The notes under the pieces are model-generated. The model was not told where the DNA came from and did no database searches. It saw only the letters and a program-made list of their open reading frames with translations. Both the position numbers and the translations under genes were made by a program. Of a stretch of DNA of 64,000 nt, positions 13,301 to 25,252 are shown piece by piece. The DNA is from Marsupella aquatica. Lineage: Eukaryota > Plantae > Marchantiophyta. Where the stretch lies: NCBI GenBank assembly GCA_973895155.1, contig OZ316896.1, positions 13,881,542-13,945,541 on the forward strand. The letters run 5' to 3'. How positions within the stretch are numbered: the stretch's first letter is position 1; each line of letters starts with the position of its first letter.

Positions 13301-14350
13301 GGGACAGTGGCGGTTTAAGTAATATATATAATTATGCACCACACTTGTTGGAAGGACTTGAACTATTTTCAATTCAGTTCTGACAGTGTTGAGCTCTATA
13401 TATTCACATTTAAACTAATGTTTTTGCTTACTGATTTCCTTCCAACTTGACACTTTCGCCTTAAGGGTATAGTTTCCGGACAACTAGAGACAATAACATC
13501 ACACGAGGCTATATTCTTGGTAGAAACAAGAGAAAGCTCCAAAGAGACACTTCCAAGGGTTAAATACAAAGGGCCATCGTCAGCCCAAAATATCTACTCC
13601 TTGTTTGTCTATGAGAGGACAAGTGTCAAACTTATTTAACAAAAGATGAGTCATTCACATATTGAGTGAGCAGGAAATATTTCTGTCTGTTTTGTCTCAT
13701 ATATGCACCTTACTGGGCCTTTGTATATGTGTGGGTTTTAAATACTTGACAATGAATATAAATAGCTAGAAACAAAGCTGTAAAAAAAATGGCATTGTAA
13801 AACAGGACACAATCGACTATAGCATTGGGATTTAAAAGAGAAGAAAAATATCTCCTTGTGAAACCTTGTGGTCTATGTCACTGGTAAACACACCAGATTC
13901 TATTCTAGTCTATTTCTAGTTCAATCCACGTCATATACACCAAATGCAGTTGAAACACCTTGCCAATATGTTGCAATTTTCCAACTTACTTAACTTGTCC
14001 TTTGGCAGTGACATGTGGGCCTACTATATTGAGTAAAAGATTTCTTTCAAACAAATAGAAACACTAATAAAAGCTGACGGGTCAGGTTTGACTTGCTATC
14101 ACTCAAAGTTGTCCTTGTTTAGGAGAGACACGTTGTATAGAGTAACCCTCATAGGAGGATAAGCACTTGTGCATTGTGTTGAGCATAGGCCTAATCCTCC
14201 CCTCATCCCCAGTTCCAGTCATCATTGGCCTCTTTTGGCAGTGGGTGTCAGTTGCACTATAGATGGCTCATACATTCACAATCCTTTATCAAGCTGAGGT
14301 GGTCGGTTTTACACTTTGGTGTCTCACTCAATGATGACTGCCCCCATCAC
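10337..14350 (-). mobile_element. Heavily degenerate DNA-transposon remnant, possibly CACTA/En-Spm transposase
   Basis: Stop- and frameshift-ridden minus-strand peptides in the order expected for the CACTA transposase: STQCTSAYPPMRVTLYNV (about 14150), YWQGVSTAFGVYDV (about 13950), AYMRQNRQKYFL (about 13690), AGVVQDNDTGKSLFYGLVREW (about 12260), FIFPCEQ (about 11965). Further broken ORFs lie at 10337-11500. No termini identified. Confidence 0.35.
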
Positions 14351-15846
14351 CTCCAACATGTTTAGGCCTAGTACACTTTAAAACGTACTTAAGGAAAAAT
14401 ATATAACAAATTTTACCCTCTTACTTTTGATATATTCTTGGAACATACTTAAAAATTGTTTTTTTCAACCCTATCGTTCCTATAAGTCTTAAAACTGGAC
14501 TTAAACAGCGCTCAAAACAGCGCTTCCACGTACAATTTTAAGTTTTCCCTTCAACCAATAAAATGATCATATTCTTTGTTGCACTAGATGTGTCAATATT
14601 GGAATGTGAAACCCCCGAGGTTTTACAGTCTCTAGAAATTACTCATGACCATCCTAGGTGGTTTGCTAGAGAGCTTGCCTCTTTGGTTTTCCAGGTGTGA
14701 CTCCTTTTGTAGTTGGCATTTATTTATATAAAAGCACTTATTTCTTTCATCATGCACTATGGAAATATGTATGAAGGACTTAGAATTAGAATACAGGGGT
14801 TTGCTAGAATTATTAAACTGGAATAGTTGGACCCCTTTAGCGTAGATTTAGTTGAAAATTATACTCTAAAATAAAATTTATCTTATAAGCAAACTTATCT
14901 TTCTCCATTCTCATCCCACTATTACTCTAGTATATTATATTCATGCAAGTTAGTCTAACTCTACACACTCCAAGAATACCAGTTCAGATGGACTCACATG
15001 TTTGTTTTGGGCCATTGCTATTTACTCTCTAGTTTGCCCACCCATTCATTGAACATAAATAGAGCTGGGGGACAAAAATGGTCTTGTGAAAAATAGATCG
15101 CCTATTGCTAAATGTATAATAGAAGCTTGTTGTCTGTTCACTTATCCATGCTCAGATTTTTCCAATGACTTGCCCCAAATCCCCTTTTCCACCTGCCCCC
15201 TGACCTTCAGTTATGCCCCCCAAAATCATGGTCTAGAGGCTTCACTCTAGATTATGGACGTGAGAGTAGCTTTGGATTACTCTTATAAAGTTAGGTTCTC
15301 TCAATCAATATGGGTGGAATCAATTAAATCATTAGATAGCATATGAGATAGAATTTCACTTTTACTAAGTATGGGATGGATTGAATTAAATTCATTCTAC
15401 AAACTTACTCGAAAAGTCCAAACTTGTTAATACACTTGCTGCCCATTATTTTGGAGGTCAACAAAAGTGGTCAACAAATAGTAATGTTCTCTCAGTAGGG
15501 TATACCCCGGGGACTATGGGTGGGACAGGCAGTGAGAGTCCCTAGATCCTGACCATGGAAGCTTGCCCTTAAGGATGGAACAGGCTCCCTCTACACAGGT
15601 GCTACAAATACACAAAGATTGAGAATTCTGCAAACAAACTCATAAAATCAATCACTACCTTGTGAATTGTGACACCATCATCATCATCATCATCAATTAA
15701 TGTTGGCAGATTGAGTGGTGGATGCGATGTGCGCACTCTACAAGTCAAGGCTGTACATATTTCTCTTAAAATTGAGGGGGGAGCAATTCAATGGGGGGGT
15801 ACAAGGACCTGGCTTGCTTCCCAGGACGAGGCAAGGTTATGAAATG

Positions 15847-15849
<3 letters not shown>

Positions 15850-15879
<30 letters not shown>
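15850..15879. repeat. (AG)n microsatellite
   Basis: About 15 perfect AG units. Confidence 0.95.
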
Positions 15880-15883
<4 letters not shown>

Positions 15884-17285
15884 CCCTTTGACCCAAGGGG
15901 CGGGCGAGGTGCAAAGATGGGATGTCTTTTGGTGACCTTAGCTGGCCACATAGGTTAGGAATTTCCCCTCCTGTGTGGCTGCACCCACCTTCTATTGTGG
16001 GCTGAAGAAAGAGAGCACCACGTGCCTGGCAATGCAAGATGACTAGATAATGGGTGGTTGTCTAACTGGGGTAGGATGACCAAGGTTCAATGGGCTGATG
16101 AAAAGGAAGGCCTTGTCTAACTGTGACAGTCTGGAGGTGTTTGGAGTATAGTACCAAGAGATAGGCACTTGTGTTTGAGTTACAAAGAAACCAATCATGT
16201 CATTTTAGCTGACAGATCTGTGACTGTGTTACTCAGACAGATATGTTATGTTTTAGTTACAAGCACCCGTTGTTGCTTGGGTTCTAGCTTGGGTTCTAGC
16301 TTGGGGTTTGAAAGATGCATCAGAAGAGGCATGGAATTTACAGATAAGTTTGCATGGGTGGGCTAAAGTGGTACTCTTTTCATTTTTGTCTTCAATTGAA
16401 AACTTGATTCACACCATCAATTACTTGGAGTTGGCTTGCATGTGTGTGGTCCTGGTATCCTGACATCACTTTCAACCTTAAAGTTTTTGCTGGCTCACTT
16501 GCCGAGCTTTGTGCATCCTTTAATGTACCAGACTTTTGCTTGTGTTTTGGCTGGACAGGTCTGACTGTTGTCTGCCTTGGCTTTTGCCCAGTTGTGGGGT
16601 GTGCTGTTTGCTGGTGAATTGGAGTTGACTATGTGTGATGAATAAGTGGCAAGGGACAGGTTGAAGGGAGAACCCAAGTTCCCATTCAATAATGCGTTCA
16701 ATTGATCCAACCCAGTAAGAGACATACTCACCAGGTAAGTATTAATCTATTCATTAAATGTGAATTATTATTCAATTTATGAACATTTGGGCAAAAAATA
16801 ACGGTGATGGTCATCAGACATACCACCACGTTCATCCTTTGTAAATAAACTAGGATGAGACTCCTAGTAAAGATCCTTTTTGCCCCCTCAAGTTTACGAA
16901 TGACCATTTAAATGTAGAATATTAGACTATAATGTACCTTTTGGGGTTAGAAAGTGTATATTTAGAGACCAAAAAGAGAACATTTGGAGGCCTAAAAATG
17001 AACAAAATAAAATAAGCTTTTAATGAATAGGGTCACTACATAAAAGTATGACCAGCTACCCTAGGCCCTCTCCTTTTTTCCTGAGGTTTCCCTCATCTTA
17101 AGTAGGTACGGAGAAGAGAGTACGTTGATGTAGTGCAAGGGAAGCGGTGGTGCAAGGGAAGCCAACTGGCTATGGAGCATGAGGTCACGGGTTTAAGTTC
17201 CAACACATACCATATTTGTACAAAAAATGTAGGCATATTGTATGCTATCTCAATTAGGAACAAAAAAGTCACAATTTGAAAACCA

Positions 17286-17470
17286 TTTTTACGGACCCCA
17301 CTAGAGGTTCTTTCCAAAATTCCTGGCACCACAGCGTGCCATGTCAGCAACAACCGCAACAAACAAGAATGGTCATGTTTGCGCAACGAATAAACTCCTC
17401 TCCATCTTGTTTACGTCGCTTTTCGTGTAATTTGATGGACGCCGTGCCGTCAAAACATAATGTAAAAGTA
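17286..17470 (+). repeat. Dispersed repeat copy, homologous to 45160-45341 in inverted orientation and partly to 30729-30800
   Basis: ttacggacccc/tactagaggt..ttccaaaatt...ccacag.g.gcca and ggacgcc.tgccgt.aa.c.t.atgtaaaa are shared with the reverse complement of 45160-45341. cgcaacaaaca..aatggtcatgtttg is shared with about 30733. Confidence 0.6.
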
Positions 17471-18328
17471 ATTAAAAGTAATTCATCCAAATCTATTGAT
17501 ACAAAGGGCGAGATTAAAAACATTCACCCATATTCTCTTTACTTAAATTTATAAATGTTTTTTTTATAAAAGTAAATAGTGCTCAACATTGAAAATAACC
17601 GTATTCCTGTGTAACTGCCAAAATAGAACCGTCAGAACAAAAAAAGCAAATCAACATTTCGGACAGGGAGGCTAACGTTGCTGGAGCCGAGGTGCTAACA
17701 AAACAACCAGCGAAGGCAATACCAGTGCGCATTGGATTCATTTTGGGCGAGATTCTGCAATTGTTTCCCGAATCCCCTCATGAACTTCTAATTTACTTTC
17801 CACAACGGATAATGGAACACCACAGATACACTAGGTAACATATCACCAGCCAAGTACGACCAGTCTTCATGGTGTTCAGACTCCTTCAGCCTCCCTAGAC
17901 GAAGCTATCGTCCTCGCCTCCTTCGACCTAGCAAATGTCCAAGATCTCGAGAGAAGCAAAGAATTCAAGCAGCTGTCGAACCACAACCCGACTCTCACAC
18001 ACAGAGCAGCCGTCAATTAGGAGAAATTCCTAAGCATGTAGGAACGAACACACTACCTCTTTCCCGAGAGCCGATTGCCTCGCTCCCCTTCCTGAAGAGC
18101 CGTAGACGAGATGAGCACTAACTGTGAAGGAAACTGGCGTACAAGTCGTGGCATCTGAACCGAGTAGGCGTCCACCACCAGCTGCCCAAACTAGCATGCA
18201 AACAGAAACAGCATCACAGCCGGACCACATTTGCGGAGGGGGAAACGGTGATGGCGGATGGGCATTTTTCCAATTTTCTGGAAACCCCAGTCAGATCGTC
18301 AAGGCATTCAAAATGCAGGTGCATTTGA

Positions 18329-19105
18329 GAGAGAATTGAAGCAGCAGAAGTATCGGGAGGCTCTCGAAAGCCTCGCAGATAAGAGCAGAAAGGCAGCGAC
18401 TTGAGCAGAAGAAAAAGGCAAAAGCAGATCGATCGAGACAGAAAGAAAAGTGAAACTGAACCCCGATCTAAGGCCAAAAACTCACAAGCAAAAGAGAGAA
18501 TTGAAGCAGCAGAAGTATCGGGAGGCACTGGCGAAAGAGAATTGACAAGGATATTTGAAAAGCACAGAAAGAAACATCGAGAAATGAAATTGAAAAGAAA
18601 GAACAGAATCAAACAGACTGAAGAAGAACCGATAAGAACTTGAGCATAGAACCGAGGGCACTCAATCAAGAAAGCTGAGAGAACGACTGAGAAAAGGCAT
18701 GACTAACTAAGGCAAAAATCGAAGAACGAGAAATAGAAGCGCCGGCCCCGGAAGCAGCCCAAGATTTTCAATTGGTGAGAGCCGATTTCCCAACTACGAA
18801 CCTCTGTTATCTGATCGACCTCCAAACAGTACCTACAATACTGCTTTGAATTCATCACTGCTAGTTCTCAACGAAGAGTCTAGCTGGACACGAGTGGGGG
18901 CAATTTTTAAGTTCCACTGGTCTTGAGGATAACGGGTTTAACAACCTTAACTATTCACTCTGAAAGAACATAATCAAACAGACTGAAGAAGAACCGATAA
19001 GGACTTGAGCATAGAACGACTGAGAACGATTGAGAAAAGGCATGACTAACTAAGGCAAAAATCAAAAATCGAAGAACGAGAAATAGAAGCGCCGGCCCCG
19101 GAAGG
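18329..19105. repeat. A/G-rich region with internal direct duplications
   Basis: gagagaattgaagcagcagaagtatcgggagg occurs at about 18329 and 18494. The block 18595-18754 is repeated at 18962-19105. Confidence 0.7.
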
Positions 19106-22100
19106 AACTCAAAACTGAAATCGAACAAGGTCAACTTTCATTGTTGAATCCTTCTCTTGATTCTGACTTGTCGTTGTATTCCCAGTTTCCAGAGCTTCCT
19201 TTCTCTGGGGAAAATTTCTGTTTTCATTCAAGGGCGAGTGATCAGATAATGATGAAAACAATTTCTCGTCCATGAAAGAGAGTTGTATATTTGGAAAACT
19301 CCCCCATTCATTCTGCTTTTAGAGCCACTTGATTCGGCTCGTACGTAACGGAAGGGGCTCTCAAGGACCTGCTTGGTTCCGGCTTCTGGCTATTCTCTAC
19401 GTAGCAATCCCTCTCGTTCCCTCTCGTTCTCGCTCGTGCTGCACTACTCGTGTGTTTCCTATTCCGTTTTTGTCATAATTGAACTCTTTGAGACGAAACG
19501 AAATATGAACAGTAGGAGTAGAGTGGTGCAATAGCTCTCGTTCTGGCTCGTGCTGCAGGTGGTTTGCCTGCTTTCTTGTTTCTTCAAAAATGAACTTCAT
19601 GCTTCAAGAGATGAACAGTGGGGCTATCGTTCTCGTTCTCGTTCTCGCTCGTGCTGCAGGTTGTTTGCTGCTCTGATCAGAATGAGTGCGTTTGGCTGCT
19701 TCCTTGTTTGTTTCCTCAAAATTCAACTGCATACTTCAAAAGATGTAGTAATGCAGAGGGAGGGAGCCAGAGAGGGTGGTCCGCATGGGGGACGGAACCT
19801 TTGGGAATGAGGCAGGAAAGCGGTGAGTTTGCCTGCCTTCTTGTCGGAGCGAGCTCCAACGTTGTTGTTTGATTCCATGCATTCTCTCGAGCTCTCGATG
19901 CTGTTCGAGGCACTGCTTGGTTTCCCTGACATTCGATCGTCGGTGCCCGGGAGACATGGGGATCACGCGAGCAGGGCAGCTCTAGATAGTATCGTAGGCT
20001 CTACTTCCGTTCTGATGGTACCCCGCAGGCACGGATGATGGAGCGTTATGCTCTGTCTAGCTGAGCTCCCAGGCCCCGTCGTAGCTTATTGTTGCTCTTG
20101 CGGCTCACACTGGAGTAAAGTTTGCGCCAGAGGCTAAACAATACTTTTGTGTTCCGTTCGAGAGCATAGTAGGCGCGAGTGCTGATATTCTGGAATCCAA
20201 GTTCATTTACTTGGCGAGGACCGCAACGACCTTTATTCCCCTGAGCAGCAGCTTTAGATACTAGTGTCCCAGGCTTTCCTTCCTTTCTTCGTATTAGAAC
20301 TCCGTCGTCGCTCTGCATGGAGAAATGGAGCTCAGCAATGCGCGCACAGGGGTGATGAAGCAGTGGGATCCCTCTCTCGTCAACTCCTTCCTGGCACCTG
20401 TTCTCCTGCGGCTGTCTATGTTCTCAAACGCGGGTCCCATCATCCGCCAGGCTAAATAAAATTCAGGTTCTGCCCTGCGTTCATATCTGTGCTTGGTTAA
20501 CATGCAGATACTTTCTCACTGTCCCGGCCAACCCGAGAGGATTTTGTTGTCCATCTCAAACCCTCACTAGAAGGTGAGATGGTAACCCTGCCTGGTAGTG
20601 TCGAAGAGTTCAACAAAGGCTTGAAAGGATTTCCCTCAAGATTTTCACGGACCTTAGAGCTCTTTCGGATGCCCTCTCATCTCATATGCCAGGACTCATT
20701 ACTCTTAATGGATATGGCAAAGACTTTAGTAATGCAGATTTCCTATGCTAGTTTCTCCAGTGGAAGGTGGCTTTTGTTGGGTATGGTGTCTGAGTAAACT
20801 CGTGCTGCTCCAATGAAGAATTGGAAGTACGGATTTGAATTAGATTATGAACTTGAAGATGACTGTCCTGGAGACAGATGCAATTGTTTGACAAATTTTA
20901 ACCCTGCGAGCTCACTTCTCGTCGTTCAGCTGAACAAAAAAATGTGATCGCATAACACAACTGAGAGGAATCTCTGGCTGAGACATCACAAACATCTTGC
21001 ACAGATCACCCACATCACCCACATCTTGAGACAGATGTGACCCACATCGGTGCCAGCCTCACCATGCACTTCAGCTCTTCCACGTGATGGACTGAACACA
21101 GACTCCATGAATTTAACTTGGATTTTAAGATCTGCCCTTCGTTTCCATACGAATTGCACCAATCCTGCGATACCGCAATGGCCGCTTTATCAAAGAAAGG
21201 ATGAAATTTGCTGTCTGATTAAGTAAGTCAAGCAGGATATGCAAAGCTTCAATGTGTAGTACATCCAAGATTTAAATCGATTGTTCGTAGGTGGGGAACA
21301 GATTCGTGCGCGGTGACATGTGTTTATCATAAATTCATAAGGACGAGTGCTACCCTATGATGCGAGGTTTTCAGAAGTAAAGTAGAGGAACCTGTACGTC
21401 TAGATATAAACGTGAAAAGTTTAAAAAACTAAGGAAAGGAAAGGAAATCACGTCCTCTTTGTTTTCGCAGTGATTAATGAAAAAAGAATTAGTCACAATA
21501 TGGAGACTCGATTTCAAGAATCAAGAATCCTTGCCCGATGAGGAAGGAGTGGCCGTAACTATTCATGTCTTTGTTTTCCCATTCTTGTTTGAATCTTTTA
21601 CATTAGGTCTGACCCAACTTTCTCCTGCTGTTTGAATCGGTATTTCTCACAATGAAATTCGTGATATTCGTGCTTCTGACGAGATTTTGATCTTTTTGAG
21701 ATTTTACTTTTTTGCTCAATGTTGTACAATAACAAAGTGATTGCCTAGTGATTGATTTCACGATGTGGAGTATGCTTACCGACTATTTGTCGTGGGTATT
21801 GGGACCAAATCAGAGAATATATTCGAACACCCGTAGTTAGTATTGTCTTTCGAGTGATTCTCATAGGCATTCATGTCATTTCTGCGGTAATGATGATGAT
21901 CTCGAAACGAAAAAGGGCCATTTACAAAGAAAATGGAAAACAAAGTTTATACAACACTGCGAAAGAGCAAATCACGCCAAACAGGGAGACAGGATCCCAG
22001 AGGCACGAGATCCACTAAAGGGTAGAAAGCGGTGAGTGAGGCACATATTAAGAATTCAGGGATACTGGGGAATCAGTCGGATACTGGTGTCCCTTCTTGC

Positions 22101-22380
22101 TTGTCATAACTAAATTAGAGAGACACCTTAAATATAGTGAGTCATGCGACCTATACTTAGAGCCTATAACTAGATTGAAATTTATAATTAGGTTGACACC
22201 TGAAATAAACTTAAGTGAGTCACAATTTTATGTGAGATGTATTTTATAGGCTAAGCTATTTTACTAATAATTTGCAAAGCTACTTAAGGCCTATTTTCTA
22301 GAGTTGGCAACTCCCAATAATGACAAAACTGACAATGAGTCTTTAATAATCACACAACTTAAAAAATGAAGATAAACAAA

Positions 22381-23090
22381 AAAAAACAGTATGGGGGAGG
22401 GTGGACAAAGAACTAGATGGGCAAAGATGAACTCAAATTAAAGCATACTTAGAATTGTTTCCGTCCAAGCTTTTTCTTTCTTCATATCTCTACTTTCAAG
22501 GACTCTTGGGTAAGAGGCCGCCTAGTTAGTGTAACTTACTAGAGATGGACACTTTATCTAATGGAACGTTTGTTTGGTACTCACACAATTTTTGCAGAAA
22601 GGGCATGGTGTGTCGGCCGACTTACTAAATGGTGTTCGGGAAGTTGGACGTGAGTTTTCAAGTTACCTAGAGAAGAGAAGCTCCAAATAAGTTAAACAAC
22701 GCTTCTACATACAGGTTTGATGTCTGCTGACTTTCAAAAAAACAGTATGGGAGAGGGTGAACAAAGAAGTTCTAGATGGGCAAAGATGAACCCAAATTAA
22801 AGCATACTTAGAATTGTTTCCGTGCAAGCTTTTACTTTCTTCATATCTCTACTTTCAAGGACTCTTGGGTAAGAGGCCTAGTTAGTGTAACTTACTAGAG
22901 GTGGACACTTTATCTAATGGAACGTTTGTTTGGTACTCACACAATTTTTGCAGAAAGGGCATGGTGTGTTGGCCGACTTACTAAATGGTGTTCGGGAAGT
23001 TGGACGTGAGTATTCAAGTTACCTAGAGAAGAGAAGCTCCGGATAAGTTAAACAGCGCTTCTACATACAGTGTGCTGTCTCTTGACTTCA
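22381..23090. repeat. Tandem duplication of about 357 bp (2 copies)
   Basis: aaaaaacagtatggg...gcttctacatacag occurs at 22381-22714 and 22736-23070 with few substitutions. Confidence 0.9.
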
Positions 23091-23405
23091 AGTTCTTCCT
23101 GCTTTTTGTGTGGTCCCTAACATGATTATTGAACCCTAAACTCCTTGCTATTTTCTAATATAACTTTTGGTTATTTAATTTGGCATTTACTCTGTTGCGG
23201 TCCTTTAAGACGATTTAGTGTGCTTCGAATCCGGACCAACTCCGAATCATAGCCATGTCTGAATTGCTTATTGTCATTACAATTTTGAATATATACATAT
23301 ATATATATATATACAAATATATCTTTATATTGACTGAGTATTAAACCTATATAATTCATTAGATTAGATTACAAGGTTCTATAGTTGCCTGTACCAATTC
23401 ACAAA

Positions 23406-23800
23406 CTAAGGCGGTAGGCCGCTTCGCTTACGATAGCTTCCAAAGATCTCTGAGGCATTACCCAAATTTTCTTCCGGTTGCCAATTATTCTCGGCCTGGT
23501 CATAACCAGTCCACTTCACCAAATACTCTTCCCAACTTGCGTTTGTAACGAACGTATAGAATTGCCTCCACCTCAAACTCCTCAGTGTCCTCCACCAGCA
23601 TAGCGTCCAAACGCAAGACTTGATCCCGGTTGGGATCATCGTCTTGGACAAATTTCTTGATTCGGCTAACATGGTAGCTTTTGCCCACGCCCATTTACTT
23701 GCGTGTTTACTTGGGTGTCTCCAACACCACCTAAACCGTATTATCTTTGTGGGCTTATTGTGTGAATGATGCGATAGGGTTTCGCATACCTAGGAGAACT
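23406..23800 (-). pseudogene. Chromovirus (Ty3/gypsy) integrase C-terminal fragment: GPY/F region plus chromodomain, frameshifted
   Basis: SPRYAKPYRIIHTISP (GPY/F-like), YHVSRIKKF and EEFEVEAILYVR, then after a frameshift EYLVKWTGYDQAENNWQPEENL, the canonical chromodomain. Confidence 0.8.
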
Positions 23801-24640
23801 ATACCTTGATTGGTAACTATACCTTAATGTAAGTATTGCTCTAACTGAAATACCTGGGAGAAATATGCCTTGACTTGGTACAAGTCTTGGAAGAAGTTGC
23901 AAGATGACTCCTCCTTGCCGTTAACTTGGGAAAGCCTAGTTGAGGGTCTTCGTGCTCATGTCACCACTAAGTACTAGAGCGGCACGCTTAGAGATGTGTA
24001 CTAACGTAAATGAGCTTTAGGGGTGATACCCAAAACTGGGAGAACTATGCCTTGATTGGTAACTATACCTTGATTGGTAACTATACCTTAATGTAAGTAT
24101 TGCTCTAACCGAAATACCTGGGAGAACTATGCCTTGACTTGGTACAAGTCTTGGAAGAAGTTGCAAGAGGACTCCTCCTTGCCGTTAACTTGGGAAAGCC
24201 TAGTTGAGGGTCTTCGTGCTCATGTCACCACTAAGTACCTAGAGCGGCACGCTTAGAGATGTGTAATGTAAATGAGCTTTAGGGGTGATACCCAAAACTG
24301 GGAGAACTATGCCTTGACTGGGTACAAGTCTTGGAAGAAGTCGCAAAAGGACTCCTCCTTGCTGTTAACTTGGGAAACCTAGTTGAGGGTCGTCGTGCTC
24401 ATGTCACCACTAAGTACCTAGAGCGGCACGGTTAGAGATGTGTAACGTAAATGAGCTTTAGGGGTGATATCCAAATGATCATCACTTATTGTTCCACCAA
24501 AGGTGGCAAGCCGAGCGGAGATGGAGGGCAGAAGGGCATTAAGTAAAGCTCTAACCGAAATACCTAGGAGAACTATGCCTTAACTTCTACAAGTCTTGGT
24601 AAATGAGCTTTAGGGGTGATATCCTAAAGCTCATCACTTA
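23790..24640. repeat. Tandem array of about 180-270 bp units
   Basis: Three full copies of ggagaa.tatgccttgact.ggtacaagtcttggaagaag...ctagagcggcacg.ttagagatgtgta...aaatgagctttagggg, plus a partial fourth copy. Confidence 0.9.
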
Positions 24641-25252
24641 TTATCAAAACCAGTTGGTGTGTATCCCGACGGGGCAAGAGACCCTACATACACAACTGCA
24701 CAACTTTATAGTGATTCACGTGTGGTGCCATGGGTCATCATTGAAGTAAGGATGGTTCCACCAAAGGTGGCAAGCCGAGCGAAGATGGAGGGCAAAAGGG
24801 CAATAATGTAAGTATTGCTTTGACCGAACCCTTAGTAGTTGATGAAATCCCTGTAGGGGATATGCCTGTCGGAGAGAAGGTGTTGTTGTGAGAGAAATTA
24901 CGTAAGGTTATGACAATAAATCCTGACAAGCCGGTCTTTGTGAATGTCACAAGTTCTAACGATAATCTGGGTGTTGCGTTGGTGGATACAGGCGCGGTCG
25001 CCTGCTTCATGAGTGGCATCACCTTCGAGTAGTGTTTATGGCATGACCTTCGAGTAGTGTTTATGGCATGACTTTCGAGTAGTGTTTGGCGCTCTGCTAA
25101 CTTGGGTTGGAGCCAAGCAACCAACTCTTCTTGGTAACTACGAGATCGTGATAAGCAAGTCTCGTTTCTGGAATTTCATTGAGCAAATTTTGGATGGACC
25201 CTAGCTAAGAAAACTGACGAGTTCATAATCCTTTGCATAGGTCTCCCCAAAA

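Noticed and set aside
18124-18669. Lys/Arg/Glu-rich and complementary hydrophobic ORFs
   Set aside because: Products of A/G-rich duplicated sequence, with no coherent gene model.
19400-21200. Possible gene in the GC-richer region with repeated tcgttctcgctcgtgctgca motifs
   Set aside because: Only short unrelated ORFs; a gene or element could not be supported from sequence alone.
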